A stretch of 64,000 nt of DNA from Eledone cirrhosa. Lineage: Eukaryota. The translations under genes were made by a program, and so were the position numbers. Position 1 is the stretch's first letter. Each line of letters begins with the position of its first letter. Below are positions 1 to 12,430 of the stretch, in pieces. The stretch spans positions 4,216,001-4,280,000 of the forward strand of contig OZ024766.1 in NCBI GenBank assembly GCA_964016885.1, in the 5' to 3' direction. The notes beneath the pieces are model-generated. The model saw only the letters and a program-made list of their open reading frames with translations. It ran no database searches and was not told the DNA's origin.

Positions 1-162
1 TGCTCCTTTAAGAATCAACAAATGTTGGTTTGTCCCCCTCACATTTTTAAGGCAAACGAGGCCCCTGTATATATGTACATATGTGTGTGTATGTATATAT
101 ATATATATATATATATAATTATATATATACCGTATTTCCCGGCGTCTCTCTCTCTCTCTCTC

Positions 163-215
<53 letters not shown>

Positions 216-216
<1 letters not shown>

Positions 217-309
217 ACGAAGGAAATGTGGTAAGGAACCAGGTGGACCATAACGCACCAAAGTACTCAATACTTAGGGTAGTAGAGTGGGTAATAAGAC
301 CTACTCGTT

Positions 310-353
<44 letters not shown>

Positions 354-617
354 ATAAAAGAGAAAAGAGAAAACACAGGTAAGCATTAAGAGAAGGATTT
401 TATCCAGGTATTTACGACCTGGATCACAATAAGCTATTTTCTGCGTCCCTAACTATATATATATATATATATATATATTTAGTACAGAATTAGCCGTCGA
501 AACGGCTTGAGCTCAGCCGTCGGGGTCCTACTCGTTCCTATTACCCACTCTACTACCCTAAGTATTGAGTACTTTGGTGCGTTATGGTCCACCTGGTTCC
601 TTACCACATTTCCTTCG

Positions 618-619
<2 letters not shown>
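216..619. mobile_element. Foldback element with ~80-bp inverted arms embedded in (TA)n; contains the 3' half of a hammerhead-like core
   Basis: AACGAAGGAAATGTGGTAAGG...GAGTGGGTAATA at 216-296 is the reverse complement of 539-619. Related partial copies at ~40273-40384 and ~60198-60331. GAAA-CGGCT...AGCCG-TC at 499-521. Confidence 0.75.
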
Positions 620-676
<57 letters not shown>

Positions 677-722
677 CACACACACATTTGTCAAGTATCA
701 CAAATTTCATACTTGTCGACCC

Positions 723-754
<32 letters not shown>

Positions 755-760
755 TACATA

Positions 761-1400
761 AAACTGCTGAATGTGTTTTTCCCTAATGGAGTAGAGTGGA
801 ATTTGGCTGCTATTTCTACCAGGTCGAACAACAAGGTAAGAGACTCTCTCGTTGTTACGTAATAATTATTTTACTGGATGATGTTGGTTGTTTTACCAGG
901 GGCTGGACACAACTGACGGGGTGAGTTGATATAACTGAAGGTCTTTCTGAAGGTATTAAATATGTCAGGGAATTTTAACGTACGACACCGGTGTCATTGA
1001 GGAGCGGTGGATATCATCGGAACCGCGTACCTGTCATCTTAATTATAACATTAATTAATCTAATTATATCTTGTGTAGTAATTATCTCATGTTAAGGTGA
1101 AAGTTAATATTCTGTAGATAACATAGAGTGAGCTACATGTTCCAGGGTAGGTGTTCCATCTCCTACATGATTAAATATTTCATTTCATGAGAAACTACGC
1201 TACATCGTGAATTGGTTGCTCCACATTTTACAGGACAGTGAGAAATAGGTTTAAATCACCAACATCTGAACAATTAGCTTTCCTGGTCTTTCTCGACTTT
1301 ACACTTGGACTTGAAATATAAAGTACGTATTATTTGTATTGTTAACACAGCAGATATTGTGTACTTTTCTACACTCCGTGGTAAACAATCCAGGTTTGTT
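761..1400 (+). promoter_or_regulatory. Conserved ~640-bp upstream block of ZNF copy 1 (putative promoter / 5' UTR exon)
   Basis: Near-identical block before all six ZNF ORFs (also ~6327-6965, ~12928-13580, ~21606-22265, ~27096-27745, ~30017-30670). The function is inferred from position only. Confidence 0.55.
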
Positions 1401-1536
1401 AGGACTGCTCCTATATACAGCGATACACACCCGATCATATATATATATAAGTACATAGAGGACCATTTCTTACCCCCAAATCACTCGTACACTGTCATAC
1501 CTCTTCTCGAGTTTTGAGAATTCTTCAAGAATTACC

Positions 1537-3021
1537 ATGGAGGATGTTAAACACTTGGACATTTCTACCACACCTGTTTCTACCAATATAGCTACAGTTA
1601 CACAGTCATACAGTGGGGAGAAACCTTTATCCAGTGAAACATGTACTGAACAAGGATCATTACACAGAAATATTCCTGAATATAGCTGTGAGATTTGTAG
1701 GAAAACATTCTCATCAGAAGATGAATTATCTACACACAAACACAAACACTGTGAAACATGTGGGAAATTATTTGCTTCTAAAAGTCATTTCACTGCACAT
1801 AAAAGAACACACACTGGAGAGAAACCCTATCATTGTGAAATATGTGCGAAATCTTTTGTCAGAAACTGTGACTTGACTAGACACAAGAGAACACACACTG
1901 GGGAGAAACCCTACCATTGTGAAATATGTGGGAAATCTTTTACTCATAACTCGGCTCTGTATATGCACATACGTAGTCACACCGGAGAAAAACCCTTCAG
2001 CTGTGAAATATGTGGGAAATCTTTTACTCATAATTCTGGCCTTTATATGCACATACGTGTTCACACTGGAGAAAAACCCTTCAGTTGCGAAATATGTATG
2101 AAATCTTTTCGCAGGAGTAGTGACATGATTACACACAAACGAATACACACTGGAGAAAAACCCTATCATTGTGAAATATGTGGGAAATCTTTTGGCAGGA
2201 GTAGTCAGTTGACTAGACACGAAAGAATACACACTGGAGAGAAACCCTTCCATTGTGAAATATGTGGGAAATCTTTCACTGAACATTTTAGTGTTGTAGT
2301 TCACAAAAGAACTCACACTGGAGAAAAACCTTTCAAATGCGAAATATGTGGGAAATATTTTACTCTGAATTCTAATTTTGTTAGGCATTTACGTAGTCAC
2401 AGTGGGGAAAAACCATTTAACTGTGAAATATGTGGGAAATCTTTCTCTGAAAAAACTAATCTTGTTAGACATATACGTAGTCACACCGGAGAGAAACCTT
2501 TCCACTGTGAAATATGTGGGAATTCTTTTGCTGAAACTACAGGTCTTCTAGTTCATAAACGAACACACACTGGAGAGAAACCCTATCACTGTGATATATG
2601 TGGGAAATATTTTGTGAAAAGCAGTGATTTAACTGCACATAAAAGATGCCACACTGGAGAGAAACCCTATCACTGTGAAATATGTGGGAAATCTTTTTTC
2701 AGTAGCAGTCATTTAACTGCACATAAAAGAAGACACACCGGTGAAAAACACTATAATTGTGATATATGTGGGAAATCTTTTACACAGAATTCTAGTCTTT
2801 CTACGCACAAACGTACACACACTGGAGAAAAACCCTTCCATTGTGAAATATGTGGGAAATCTTTTACACAGAGTTCTAGTCTCATTGACCATATACGTAC
2901 TCACACTGGAGAGAGACCCTTTCATTGTGAAATATGTGGGAAATCTTTTGTCTCCAAAGGAAATTTAAATAAACACAAACGAACCCACATTGGAGTGAAA
3001 GATTTTAACTGTGAAACATGA
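1537..3021 (+). CDS. C2H2 zinc-finger protein, copy 1 (494 aa, 16 fingers)
   Basis: Intact ORF of CxxC-x12-HxxxH fingers with TGEKP linkers; ACCATGG start context; ends HIGVKDFNCET. Confidence 0.93.
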   Translation: MEDVKHLDISTTPVSTNIATVTQSYSGEKPLSSETCTEQGSLHRNIPEYSCEICRKTFSSEDELSTHKHKHCETCGKLFASKSHFTAHKRTHTGEKPYHCEICAKSFVRNCDLTRHKRTHTGEKPYHCEICGKSFTHNSALYMHIRSHTGEKPFSCEICGKSFTHNSGLYMHIRVHTGEKPFSCEICMKSFRRSSDMITHKRIHTGEKPYHCEICGKSFGRSSQLTRHERIHTGEKPFHCEICGKSFTEHFSVVVHKRTHTGEKPFKCEICGKYFTLNSNFVRHLRSHSGEKPFNCEICGKSFSEKTNLVRHIRSHTGEKPFHCEICGNSFAETTGLLVHKRTHTGEKPYHCDICGKYFVKSSDLTAHKRCHTGEKPYHCEICGKSFFSSSHLTAHKRRHTGEKHYNCDICGKSFTQNSSLSTHKRTHTGEKPFHCEICGKSFTQSSSLIDHIRTHTGERPFHCEICGKSFVSKGNLNKHKRTHIGVKDFNCET

Positions 3022-3224
3022 GACACCTTCATAAAGATCTAAACCTATTGTCCACCAACATCGCGAGGGAACCCTTAAAAAAATCTAGTCTCCAAACATT
3101 GCTTGTCATTTTTGAAATTATATTTTTAGTTGGAATTAAATTCTTGTTCATATTTATTCCTTGTCTTCTTGAAGTCATTTTTAATCAGTGCAAGAATTTT
3201 CAGGGGTCTTTCTCTTGTTCGTCA

Positions 3225-3470
3225 TCACAAATATTCCCTGTTGTAGTGTTTAATTGAGGGACCCTCTATCACTTGATGTAATGTTGTGTGTCTTGTGGGA
3301 GGATTTTTGGAGGGATCACCAACATTCCCTGTTGTAGTGTGTAATTGGGGGACTTTCTATCACCTGAGATAGGGGTGTGTCTTGTCTTTGTTGGACATTT
3401 TAGAGGGTGTCACCAACATTCCCTGCTCCTGTATGTTATTAGGGAACCCTCTACCACAGAGGTTGTCAAA
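3225..3470 (+). repeat. Degenerate ~93-bp tandem repeat in the 3' flank of the ZNF genes
   Basis: CACCAACATTCCCTGTTGTAGTG...GAGGGACCCTCTATCAC units, 2-4 copies after every ZNF ORF (also ~8700-8830, 16155-16460, 24995-25200, 29630-29815, 32590-32800). Confidence 0.7.
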
Positions 3471-3474
3471 CTTT

Positions 3475-3530
3475 TATATATATATGTATATATACATAAT
3501 GTATATATATATATCATATATACATATATG

Positions 3531-3578
<48 letters not shown>

Positions 3579-3676
3579 CACATATATATATACATATATA
3601 TACATATATATATATATACATATATATATATATGTACATATATATATACACATATATATACATATATAAACCTATA

Positions 3677-3707
<31 letters not shown>

Positions 3708-3750
3708 GTACATATATATATACACATATATATACATATATAAACCTATA

Positions 3751-3781
<31 letters not shown>

Positions 3782-4075
3782 GTACATATATATATACACA
3801 TATATATACATATATAAACCTATATATATATATATATATACATATATATATAAATACATATATATATACACACACATATACATATATAAACCTATATATA
3901 TATATATGTATACATATATATATATATAAATACATATATATACACACACACATATATACATATATAAACCTATATATATATATATATATATACATACACA
4001 TATATATACATATATATATACACATATATATACATACATATATATATACATATATATATATATACATATACATAA
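3475..4075. repeat. Compound (TA)n/(CA)n microsatellite punctuated by TAAACC
   Basis: Direct reading; source of the YIYI ORFs. Confidence 0.9.
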
Positions 4076-4420
4076 ACCATACGCAGTCCCGCGCTTCTGA
4101 CTTTATTATAGTTTAGATATACCATATTTTCTGGCCTATTGGACCCTCCTTTGAATAAGACGCTCGCTTCTTTTTTTAAAATTATATTTTGATGTTTGGA
4201 GGTATTTTTATGGACCACCTTCAATATTCGCGGTTTCTCACTTTTCGAGGGTGTTCTAAGAACTTCACGCCCGCGAATACTGGGGGACAGCTGGATATAT
4301 ACGTTGGGTTGGCAAGTATGAAATCTGGGTTTTTTTCTACAAATTTCATAATTGACGACCCCATAAATATATATTTAGAATTGGAGCTCTGAAATAGCCA
4401 TATATATATGAATGTATATA

Positions 4421-4662
4421 TAATGTATATATAATGTATTTTGCAATACACTTTATGCTTAATTAAAAGCATTTTGAAGACCGTATGCTATTGTTTTAGA
4501 GTAGTGACAAACTCACTTACTTTAATCTCAGCAAACAGGGGGAGATAAAGCTTTATCTCTAAAGTAAGTGAGTTTGTCACTACTCTAAAACAATAGCATA
4601 CGGTCTTCAAAATGCTTTTAATTAAGCATAAAGTGTATTGCAAAATACATTATATATACATT
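4421..4662. repeat. Long near-perfect inverted repeat (arms ~100 bp) with an internal 18-bp palindrome
   Basis: 4421-4524 is the reverse complement of 4560-4662; the spacer contains GAGATAAAGCTTTATCTC; flanked by (TA)n. Confidence 0.85.
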
Positions 4663-4984
4663 CATATATATATATATATATATAAAAAACATGGGAAGAA
4701 AGAGGAAAACTGCGTGGTTGCACATGGGTTACATATTATAAAATTAGTCCCTCATCAGTGATTTGCCAACCATCATTGGTATTTCATCGCATTAAAAATC
4801 ATATACCTCAGGTTGGTGCGAGCAATAACTAAAGTAGGCTATTGGGACAAGTGAATCGCGTAAAGCGAGTGAGACAAGTAAACAACATAGAAGGAAAAGC
4901 AAACCGAAGGTAGGAAAAAAGCAAGCAACATGATGGTTATCCGGTCAGCGTAAGCTGGGTGAATTTCATGAGCGTCCATATATA

Positions 4985-5666
4985 CACATCATGAAAGTGG
5001 CGACAATGTGCAGACGACTCGCTGGCTGGACCTTGAGGACTTTCCGGACACGAGATCGAGACACCATGTTGACACTATGGAGGACATTTGTCCTAAGCCG
5101 CCTGGACTACTGCTCCCAGTTGTGGTCACCTCATAGTGTCAAACTAACCACGCCGCTTGAGGCAATCCAGCGAAGCTACACCAAGAGGATTGCCAAGATG
5201 AGGGAGACAAGCTACTGGGAGAGGCTGAAGGAACTGAACCTCTACTCCTTGGAACGAAGACGGGAGAGATACGCAGTGATCTACATGTGGAAAATCCTGG
5301 AGGGACTAGCACCAAACTTTGGCATTGGGAGCTGGACCAACCGTCGAACAGGACATCACTGTGTGGTGCCAAAGGTCTCGTTTTCCACATCTAGAATAAG
5401 GAGCAGGTATTCCAATAGCCTGGGATTCAAGGGCCCTCAACTCTTCAACAGGCTGCCGAGGGATCTGAGAGATTTGCATGACGTGGAGGTGGATGTCTTC
5501 AAGAAACATCTCGACACCTTGTTATCCAGGATCCCGGATGAGCCCACAGCAAGGCACGAGGGAAACCTAAGGGCAGCAGCAACAAACTCCCTCTTACACC
5601 AGTGGCCAACCTATACAGGCTGGAGATAAAATGTGTAGCCGGATGGCTGAAACAGGTAAAAGAGAG

Positions 5667-5670
<4 letters not shown>
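4985..5670 (+). mobile_element. 5'-truncated CR1/L2-group LINE, C-terminal part of ORF2
   Basis: Translation RTFRTRD..LTLWRTFVLSRLDYCSQLWSP..LEAIQRSYTK..SYWERLKELNLYSLERRRER matches the post-RT region typical of CR1-group LINEs; stop at 5629. Confidence 0.85.
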
Positions 5671-5689
<19 letters not shown>

Positions 5690-5697
<8 letters not shown>

Positions 5698-6113
5698 AAA
5701 CAGAGAATCTCTGTCTGTCAGCTCACTAAAACTCGAGAACCACCCAACCGATTGTTTTCAAACTTTACACATGTAATACTTATGGACCTGGGAGTGTTTC
5801 AAATTTTCAATGCCCTAGGGACCGCATCAGGCGATTTAGCGATCTCTCTCTTTCTCTCTTAGTCTTTCTCTTTTTACATAGATATAACGTTGCGCCCTTA
5901 TAATATCTGTCTGTATGTCTGGCTGTCTGCATTACGACATTATGACGTTGTGTGTGTGTATGTATGTATATATAGTGTATATATATATATATATAGAGTG
6001 TGTAACGTTTTTCGAAATATTTACTTCTGCGTTCACAGATTGATTTTTTTTAGTTTCAGAAGATCCCGTTAAGGGTGAAAGCAGCGATTCTTTGCTTAAA
6101 CTTTAATCTGTTA

Positions 6114-6169
<56 letters not shown>

Positions 6170-6315
6170 TATATTCGTGTATAGATATGTTTGCATACAC
6201 AATAACAAAATATAAACAAACGTATTTATTTCACGAGGCTCGATAAGGATAAATATATATGAAATATATAAGAACCCTAAAGCAAATCCCGAGCAACGCC
6301 GGACCATTCTGCTAG
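5690..6315 (+). mobile_element. Degraded non-autonomous Helitron
   Basis: 3' end CCCGAGCAACGCCGG hairpin followed by CTAG (6312-6315) and then T; 5' part has CTGTCTGTC and AACCGATT...AAACTTTACAC, typical of such elements. Confidence 0.55.
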
Positions 6316-7094
6316 TATATATATAAAACTGCTGAATGTGTTCTACCCTAATAGAGTAGAGTGTTATTTGGCTGCTATTTCTACCAGGTCGAACAACAAG
6401 GTAAGTGACTGCCTCGTTGTTACGTAATAAATATTTTACTGTGTGGGTCTTGGTTGTTTTACCAGGGTTTGGATACAACTGATGGAGTGTGTTGATATAA
6501 CTGAAGGTCTTTCTGAATGTATTAAATTATGTCAGGGACTTTGAACGTACGACACCGGTGTCATTCAGAAAAACGAACCAGTGTCAACGATACACGTACC
6601 TGCCATCTTAATTATATTTTTTGATTAATCTAATTATATCTTGTGTAGCAATGATCTCATGTTAAAGTGAAAGTTAATATTCTGTAGATAACATAGAGTG
6701 AGCTACATGTTCCAGGGTAGGTGTTCCATCTCCTACATGATTAAATATTTCATTTCATGAGAAACTACGCTACATCGTGAATTGGTTGCTCCACATTTTA
6801 CAGACAGTGAGAAATAGGTTTAAATCACCAACATCTGAACAATTAGCTTCCCTGGTCTTTCTTGAATTTACATTTGGACTTGAAATATAAAGTACGTATT
6901 ATTTGTATTGTTACCACAGCAGATATTGTGTACTTTTCTACACTCCGTGGTGAACAATCCCGATTTAAAACACAAACACGCCCACATACACACAACCATT
7001 TTTCTACCTTGACATCAGTAATAACTATTCTGAATTATACAGACATAAATTGTAATATATATTCTGAACTTTTAAGAATTCTTCACAAATTACT

Positions 7095-8492
7095 ATGGAG
7101 GGCGTTAAACACTTGGACATTTCTACCACACCTGTTTCTACCAATATAGATACAGTTACACAGACATACAGTGGGGAGAAACCTTTACCTAGTGAAACAT
7201 GTACTGAACAAGGATCATTACACAGAAATATTTCTGAACATAGCTGTGAGATTTGTAGGAAAACTTTCTCATCAGAGAATGAATTATCTACACACAAACA
7301 CAACCATACTAAAGACAAACCCTATCATTGTGAAATATGTGGGAAATCTTTTGATAAAAATTCTAAAATTGTTATCCACATACGTACTCACACTGGAGAG
7401 AAACCCTATCATTGTGAAGTATGTGGGAAATCCTTTGTCAGAAACAGTGACTTAACTACGCACAAACGAACACACACTGGAGAGAAACCCTATTTTTGTG
7501 ATATATGTCGGAAAACATTTACTTCTAACAGTACTTTATCTTTGCACAAACGAAGACATACTGGAGAAAAACCCCATCATTGTGAAATATGTGGGAAATC
7601 TTATACTCACAACTCGGCCCTTTATGTACACATACGTACTCACACTGGAGAAAGACCCTATCATTGTGAAATATGTGGGAAATCTTTTGTCAGAAACAGT
7701 GACTTAACTACGCACAAACGAACACACACTGGAGAGAAACCCTATCTTTGTGATATATGTTGGAAAACATTTACTTCTAACAGTACTTTATCTTTACACA
7801 AACGAAGACATGCTGGAGAAAAACCCCATCATTGTGAAATATGTGGGAAATCTTTTAGTAGGAACAGTGATTTGATCAAACACGAAAGAATACACACTGG
7901 AGAGAAACCCTACCATTGTGAAATATGTGGGAAATCTTTCTCTGAATTTGGTAGTGTTGTAGTTCACAAAAGAATACACACTGGAGAAAAACCTTTCAAA
8001 TGTGAAATATGTGGGAAATCTTTCAGCCGGAATTCCAATCTTGTTAGGCATATACGTAGTCACAGTGGGGAAAAACCATTTCAGTGTGAAGTATGTGGAA
8101 AACCTTTCACTGAGAAAGCGAATCTTGTTAGACATATACGTAGTCACACCGGAGAGAAACCTTTCCACTGTGAAATATGTGGCAAATCTTTTGCTGAAAC
8201 TACAGGTCTTCTAGTTCATAAACGAACACACACTGGAGAGAAACCCTATCACTGTGATATATGTGGGAAATATTTTGTGAAAAGCAGTGATTTAACTGCA
8301 CATAAAAGATGCCACACTGGAGAGAAACCCTATCACTGTGAAATATGTGGGAAATCTTTTTTCAGTAGCAGTAATTTAACTGCACATAAAAGAAAACACA
8401 CTGGAGAGAAACCCTATCACTGTGATATATGTGGGAAATCTTTTACACAGAATTCTAGCCTCATTGACCACATATGTATACACACAGGATAG
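7095..8492 (+). CDS. C2H2 zinc-finger protein, copy 2 (465 aa, 15 fingers)
   Basis: Intact finger array; ends at TAG within a TGEKP linker (HICIHTG*). Confidence 0.92.
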   Translation: MEGVKHLDISTTPVSTNIDTVTQTYSGEKPLPSETCTEQGSLHRNISEHSCEICRKTFSSENELSTHKHNHTKDKPYHCEICGKSFDKNSKIVIHIRTHTGEKPYHCEVCGKSFVRNSDLTTHKRTHTGEKPYFCDICRKTFTSNSTLSLHKRRHTGEKPHHCEICGKSYTHNSALYVHIRTHTGERPYHCEICGKSFVRNSDLTTHKRTHTGEKPYLCDICWKTFTSNSTLSLHKRRHAGEKPHHCEICGKSFSRNSDLIKHERIHTGEKPYHCEICGKSFSEFGSVVVHKRIHTGEKPFKCEICGKSFSRNSNLVRHIRSHSGEKPFQCEVCGKPFTEKANLVRHIRSHTGEKPFHCEICGKSFAETTGLLVHKRTHTGEKPYHCDICGKYFVKSSDLTAHKRCHTGEKPYHCEICGKSFFSSSNLTAHKRKHTGEKPYHCDICGKSFTQNSSLIDHICIHTG

Positions 8493-8828
8493 AAACCCTA
8501 TCATTGTGAAATATGTGGGAAATGATTTGTCCACAAACATAATAAAAGGACCCTTAGAAGTTCTACAGACTCCAAACATTGCTTGTCATTTTTGAAAATA
8601 TATTTTTAGTTGGAATTAAATTCTTGTTCACATTTATTCCTCGTCTTCTTGAAGTCATTTTTAATCTATACAAGAATTTTCAGGAGTCTTTCTCATTTTT
8701 GCTGACACCAACATTCTCTTCTGTAGTGTTTGAGGGACCATTTATCACCTGAGGTAGTGGTGTGTCTTGTCTTTGTCGGAAATTTTAGAGGGCATCACCA
8801 ACATTCTCTGTTATAGTGTTTCATTGAG

Positions 8829-8893
8829 GAGCCTTTCCATCGTGAAGTATGTGGGAAATCCTTTACACAGAATTCTAGTCTCACTCACACTGG
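8829..8893 (+). pseudogene. Isolated degenerate zinc-finger remnant
   Basis: GAAGTATGTGGGAAATCCTTTACACAGAATTCTAGTCTC...CACACTGG resembles the QNSS finger of the cluster but has no ORF. Confidence 0.6.
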
Positions 8894-8975
8894 GGCCTAA
8901 GGGGATGGCAGAGATGATAGTATATTAAATATCAATTAGACATACAGTATATTGTCAAATATACTATAGATAGAT

Positions 8976-9310
8976 GGAGGCACATGGCTTAGTGGTTAGA
9001 GCATTGGCCTTGCAATCGAAAGGTTTGAGTTCAATTCTCAGACCGGGTGATGTGTTGTTTCCTTGAGCAAGACACTTTATTTCACATTGCTCCAGTTTAC
9101 TCAGCTGTAGAAATGAGATGATAGGGACTGGGGTCCCTATCATTCCACTGTAAAGTGGTCGTGGAGGTGCCACGGCAAAAAAGCACCCAGCACTCACTGT
9201 AAATGAGGTTGGTGTTAGGAAGGGCATCCAGCTGTAGAAATCAAGCCAGCATCAGTTCCCGTCCCACCCTTGCAAGCAGGGAAAAAGGGGACGTAAAATG
9301 AAATGATGAT
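8976..9310 (+). mobile_element. tRNA-derived SINE, family 1
   Basis: A box TGGCTTAGTGG, B box GAGTTCAATTC, CORE-like CCTTGAGCAAGACACTT, and a GGACGTAAAATGA(TGA)n tail. Near-identical copies at 56936-57270 (+) and 58812-59350 (-). Confidence 0.85.
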
Positions 9311-9409
9311 AGCCTATTTGTAATTAATTGTATAAATTATAATTTATGTCCTATATTTCATTCAATACCCACTAAGTCTATGTACAACATGATTCAATAG
9401 ATGACACTA

Positions 9410-9660
9410 GGCACTCTACTACTATTACTGATACTACTACTACTACTATTACTGATACTACTACTACTATTACTGATACCGATACTACTACTATTACTGA
9501 TACTAATACTACTATTACTGATACTACTACTACTACTAACGTTGAAGCATACATGTAGTATGTACCACCACAGGCAAATGGTTGTAAATATGAAAGCCTT
9601 TCCTGAGGAAGAATGTACCACCCACCATAGACTAGTTGTCTGGGACCTTAGAGTAAGACT
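9410..9660 (+). mobile_element. (CTA)n microsatellite followed by a short LINE endonuclease-like fragment
   Basis: KAFPEEECTTHHRLVVWDL resembles the C-terminal HRLV motif of the AP endonuclease of RTE-type LINEs. Confidence 0.45.
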
Positions 9661-10119
9661 TAACCCTTTAATAATAATAATAATAATGAAATTATTGTGT
9701 ACAGTGCTCAGGTGCACTACAACTCATCAAAGGTGCATGTATAGTACATAGAATAATGTACAAATGTCAGGAAAATGAACACTGTATGAGTCATGATACA
9801 ATAATAATAACAATAACGAAATATTGTGCCCAGGTGCACTACAACTCATCAAAAAAGTGCATGTACAGTACATAGGGCAATGCACAAACATCAGTAAAAT
9901 GAACAGTGCACGAGTCATGATACACACGTGTGCATGTGTATGGAAGGGGTACATCAGGTGTAGTTTAACATTTAAACCGGCCAGAATTCTCTCACCTCTT
10001 TCTGTTCAAACCAGCTGTATCCAGCCACTCATACTGATGTTAAGGTATTGTTCTCAAAATAGTAAGCAGGAAATATGCTGTAACGTATGAGGCAGATATT
10101 TAGTGAAGCCTCTAGTCTA

Positions 10120-12430
10120 CATTGTAAAGCAGTCGTGATGGCGACAACAAAATGCACCCAGTCCACACTAAAACGGTTGTGTAGGTCTCAGGAGAAAAAG
10201 TGACCAGTCCACACTGTAAAGTGGTCATGTAGGTGTCACAACAAAAAGCACCCAGTCCACACTGTAAAGTGGTCATGTAGGTGTCATAACAAAAAGTACC
10301 CAGTCCACACTGTAAAGTGGTCATGTAGGTGTCATAACAAAAAGTACCCAGTCCACACTGTAAAGTGGTCATGTAGGTGTCATAACAAAAAGCACCCTGT
10401 TCACACTGTAAAGTGGTCATGTAGGTGTCATAACAAAAAGTGCCCAGTCCACACTGTAAAGTGGTCATGTAGGTGTCATAACAAAAAGTGCCCAGTCCAC
10501 ACTGTAAAGTGGTCATGTAGGTGTCATAACAAAAAGCACCCAGTCCACACTGTAAAGTGGTCATGTAGGTGTCATAACAAAAAGTGCCCAGTCCACACTG
10601 TAAAGTGGTCATGTAGGTGTCATAACAAAAAGCACCCTGTTCACACTGTAAAGTGGTCATGTAGGTGTCATAACAAAAAGCACCCTGTTCACACTGTAAA
10701 GTGGTCATGTAGGTGTCACAACAAAAAGCACCCAGTCCACACTGTAAAGTGGTCATGTAGGTGTCACAACAAAAAGCACCCAGTCCACACTGTAAAGTGG
10801 TCATGTAGGTGTCATAACAAAAAGCACCCAGTCCACACTGTAAAGTGGTCATGTAGGTGTCGCAACAAAAAGCACCCTGTTCACACTGTAAAGTGTTCAT
10901 GTAGATGTCATGTCACGACAAAAAGCACCCAGTCCACACTATAAAGTGGTCATGTAGGTGTCACAACAAAAAGCACCCAGTCCACACTGTAAAGTGGTCA
11001 TGTAGGTGTCACAACAAAAAGCACCCAGTCCACACTGTAAAGTGGTCATGTAGGTGTCATAACAAAAAGCACCCAGTCCACACTGTAAATTGGTCATGTA
11101 GGTGTCGCAACAAAAAGCACCCTGTTCACACTGTAAAGTGTTCATGTAGATGTCATGTCACGACAAAAAGCACCCAGTCCACACTATAAAGTGGTCATGT
11201 AGGTGTCACAACAAAAAGCACCCAGTCCACACTGTAAAGTGGTCATGTAGGTGTCACAACAAAAAAGCACCCAGTCCACACTGTAAAGTGGTCATGTAGG
11301 TGTCACAACAAAAAAGCACCCAGTCCACACTGTAAAGTGGTCATGTAGGTGTCACAACAAAAAGTAGCCAGTCCGCGCTGTAAAGTGGTCATGTAGGTCT
11401 CACAACAAAATGCGCCCAGTCCACACTGTAAAGTGGTCATGTAGGTGTCATAACAAAAAGCACCCAGTCCACACTGTAAAGTGGTCATGTAGGTGTCGCA
11501 ACAAAAAAGTACCCAGTCCACACTGTAAAGTGGTCATGTAGGTGTCAGGACAAAAAGTAGCCACTCCACACTATAGAGTGGTGATGTAGGTGTCACAACA
11601 AAAAAGTACCCAGTCCACACTGTAAAGTGGTCGTGTAGGTCTCAGGAGAAAAAGTGACCAGTCCACACTGTAAAGTGGTTGTGTAGGTGTCACGACAAAA
11701 AGCACCCAGCCCACACTGTAAAAGTGGTCGTGTAGGTGTCAATAAAAAGTACCCAGTCCACACTGTAAAGTGGTCATGTAGGTGTCACGACAAAAAGTAG
11801 CCAGTCCACACTGTAAAGTGGTCATGTAGGTGTCACAACAAAATGCGCCCAGTCCACACTGTAAAGTGGTCATGTAGGTGTCATAACAAAAAGCACCCAG
11901 TCCACACTGTAAAGTGGTCACGACAAAAAGTAGCCAGTCCACACTGTAAAGTGGTCATGTAGGTGTCACAACAAAATGCGCCCAGTCCACACTGTAAAGT
12001 GGTCATGTAGGTGTCATAACAAAAAGCACCCAGTCCACACTGTAAATTGGTCATGTAGGTGTCGCAACAAAAAGCACCCTGTCCACACTGTAAAGTGTTC
12101 ATGTAGATGTCATGTCACGACAAAAAGCACCCAGTCCACACTATAAAGTGGTCATGTAGGTGTCACAACAAAAAGCACCCAGTCCACACTGTAAAGTGGT
12201 CATGTAGGTGTCACAACAAAAAGTACCCAGTCCACACTGTAAAGTGGTCATGTAGGTGTCACAACAAAAAGTACCCAGTCCACACTGTAAAGTGGTCGTG
12301 TAGGTGTCACAACAAAAAGCACCCAGTCCACACTGTAAAGTGGTCATGTAGGTGTCGCAACAAAAAAGTACCCCGTCCACACTGTAAAGTGGTCATGTAG
12401 GTATCAGGACAAAAAGTAGCCACTCTACAC
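10120..12430 (+). repeat. 47-bp minisatellite (~49 copies) derived from an internal segment of SINE family 1
   Basis: Unit CACCCAGTCCACACTGTAAAGTGGTCATGTAGGTGTCACAACAAAAAG aligns to SINE 9145-9200. Confidence 0.9.

Noticed and set aside
1165-1272. C/D-box snoRNA in the conserved upstream block (ATGATTA...CTGA)
   Set aside because: Imperfect C box, no terminal stem and no recognisable guide; it would need a covariance-model hit.
22-4224. YIYI-rich ORFs; also poly-V/G/P/H/T ORFs at 36.0-36.9, 42.7-43.5, 53.2-54.1 and 57.5-58.0 kb
   Set aside because: Microsatellite translations; only the parts bounded by splice sites were kept as exons.
4690-4770. Minus-strand CTGATGA at 4752-4758 as a hammerhead
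   Set aside because: No GAAA, stem III or matching stem I strand at a suitable distance.
8976-9050. tRNA gene
   Set aside because: A and B boxes belong to a SINE head that continues into CORE-like and tail sequence in three copies.
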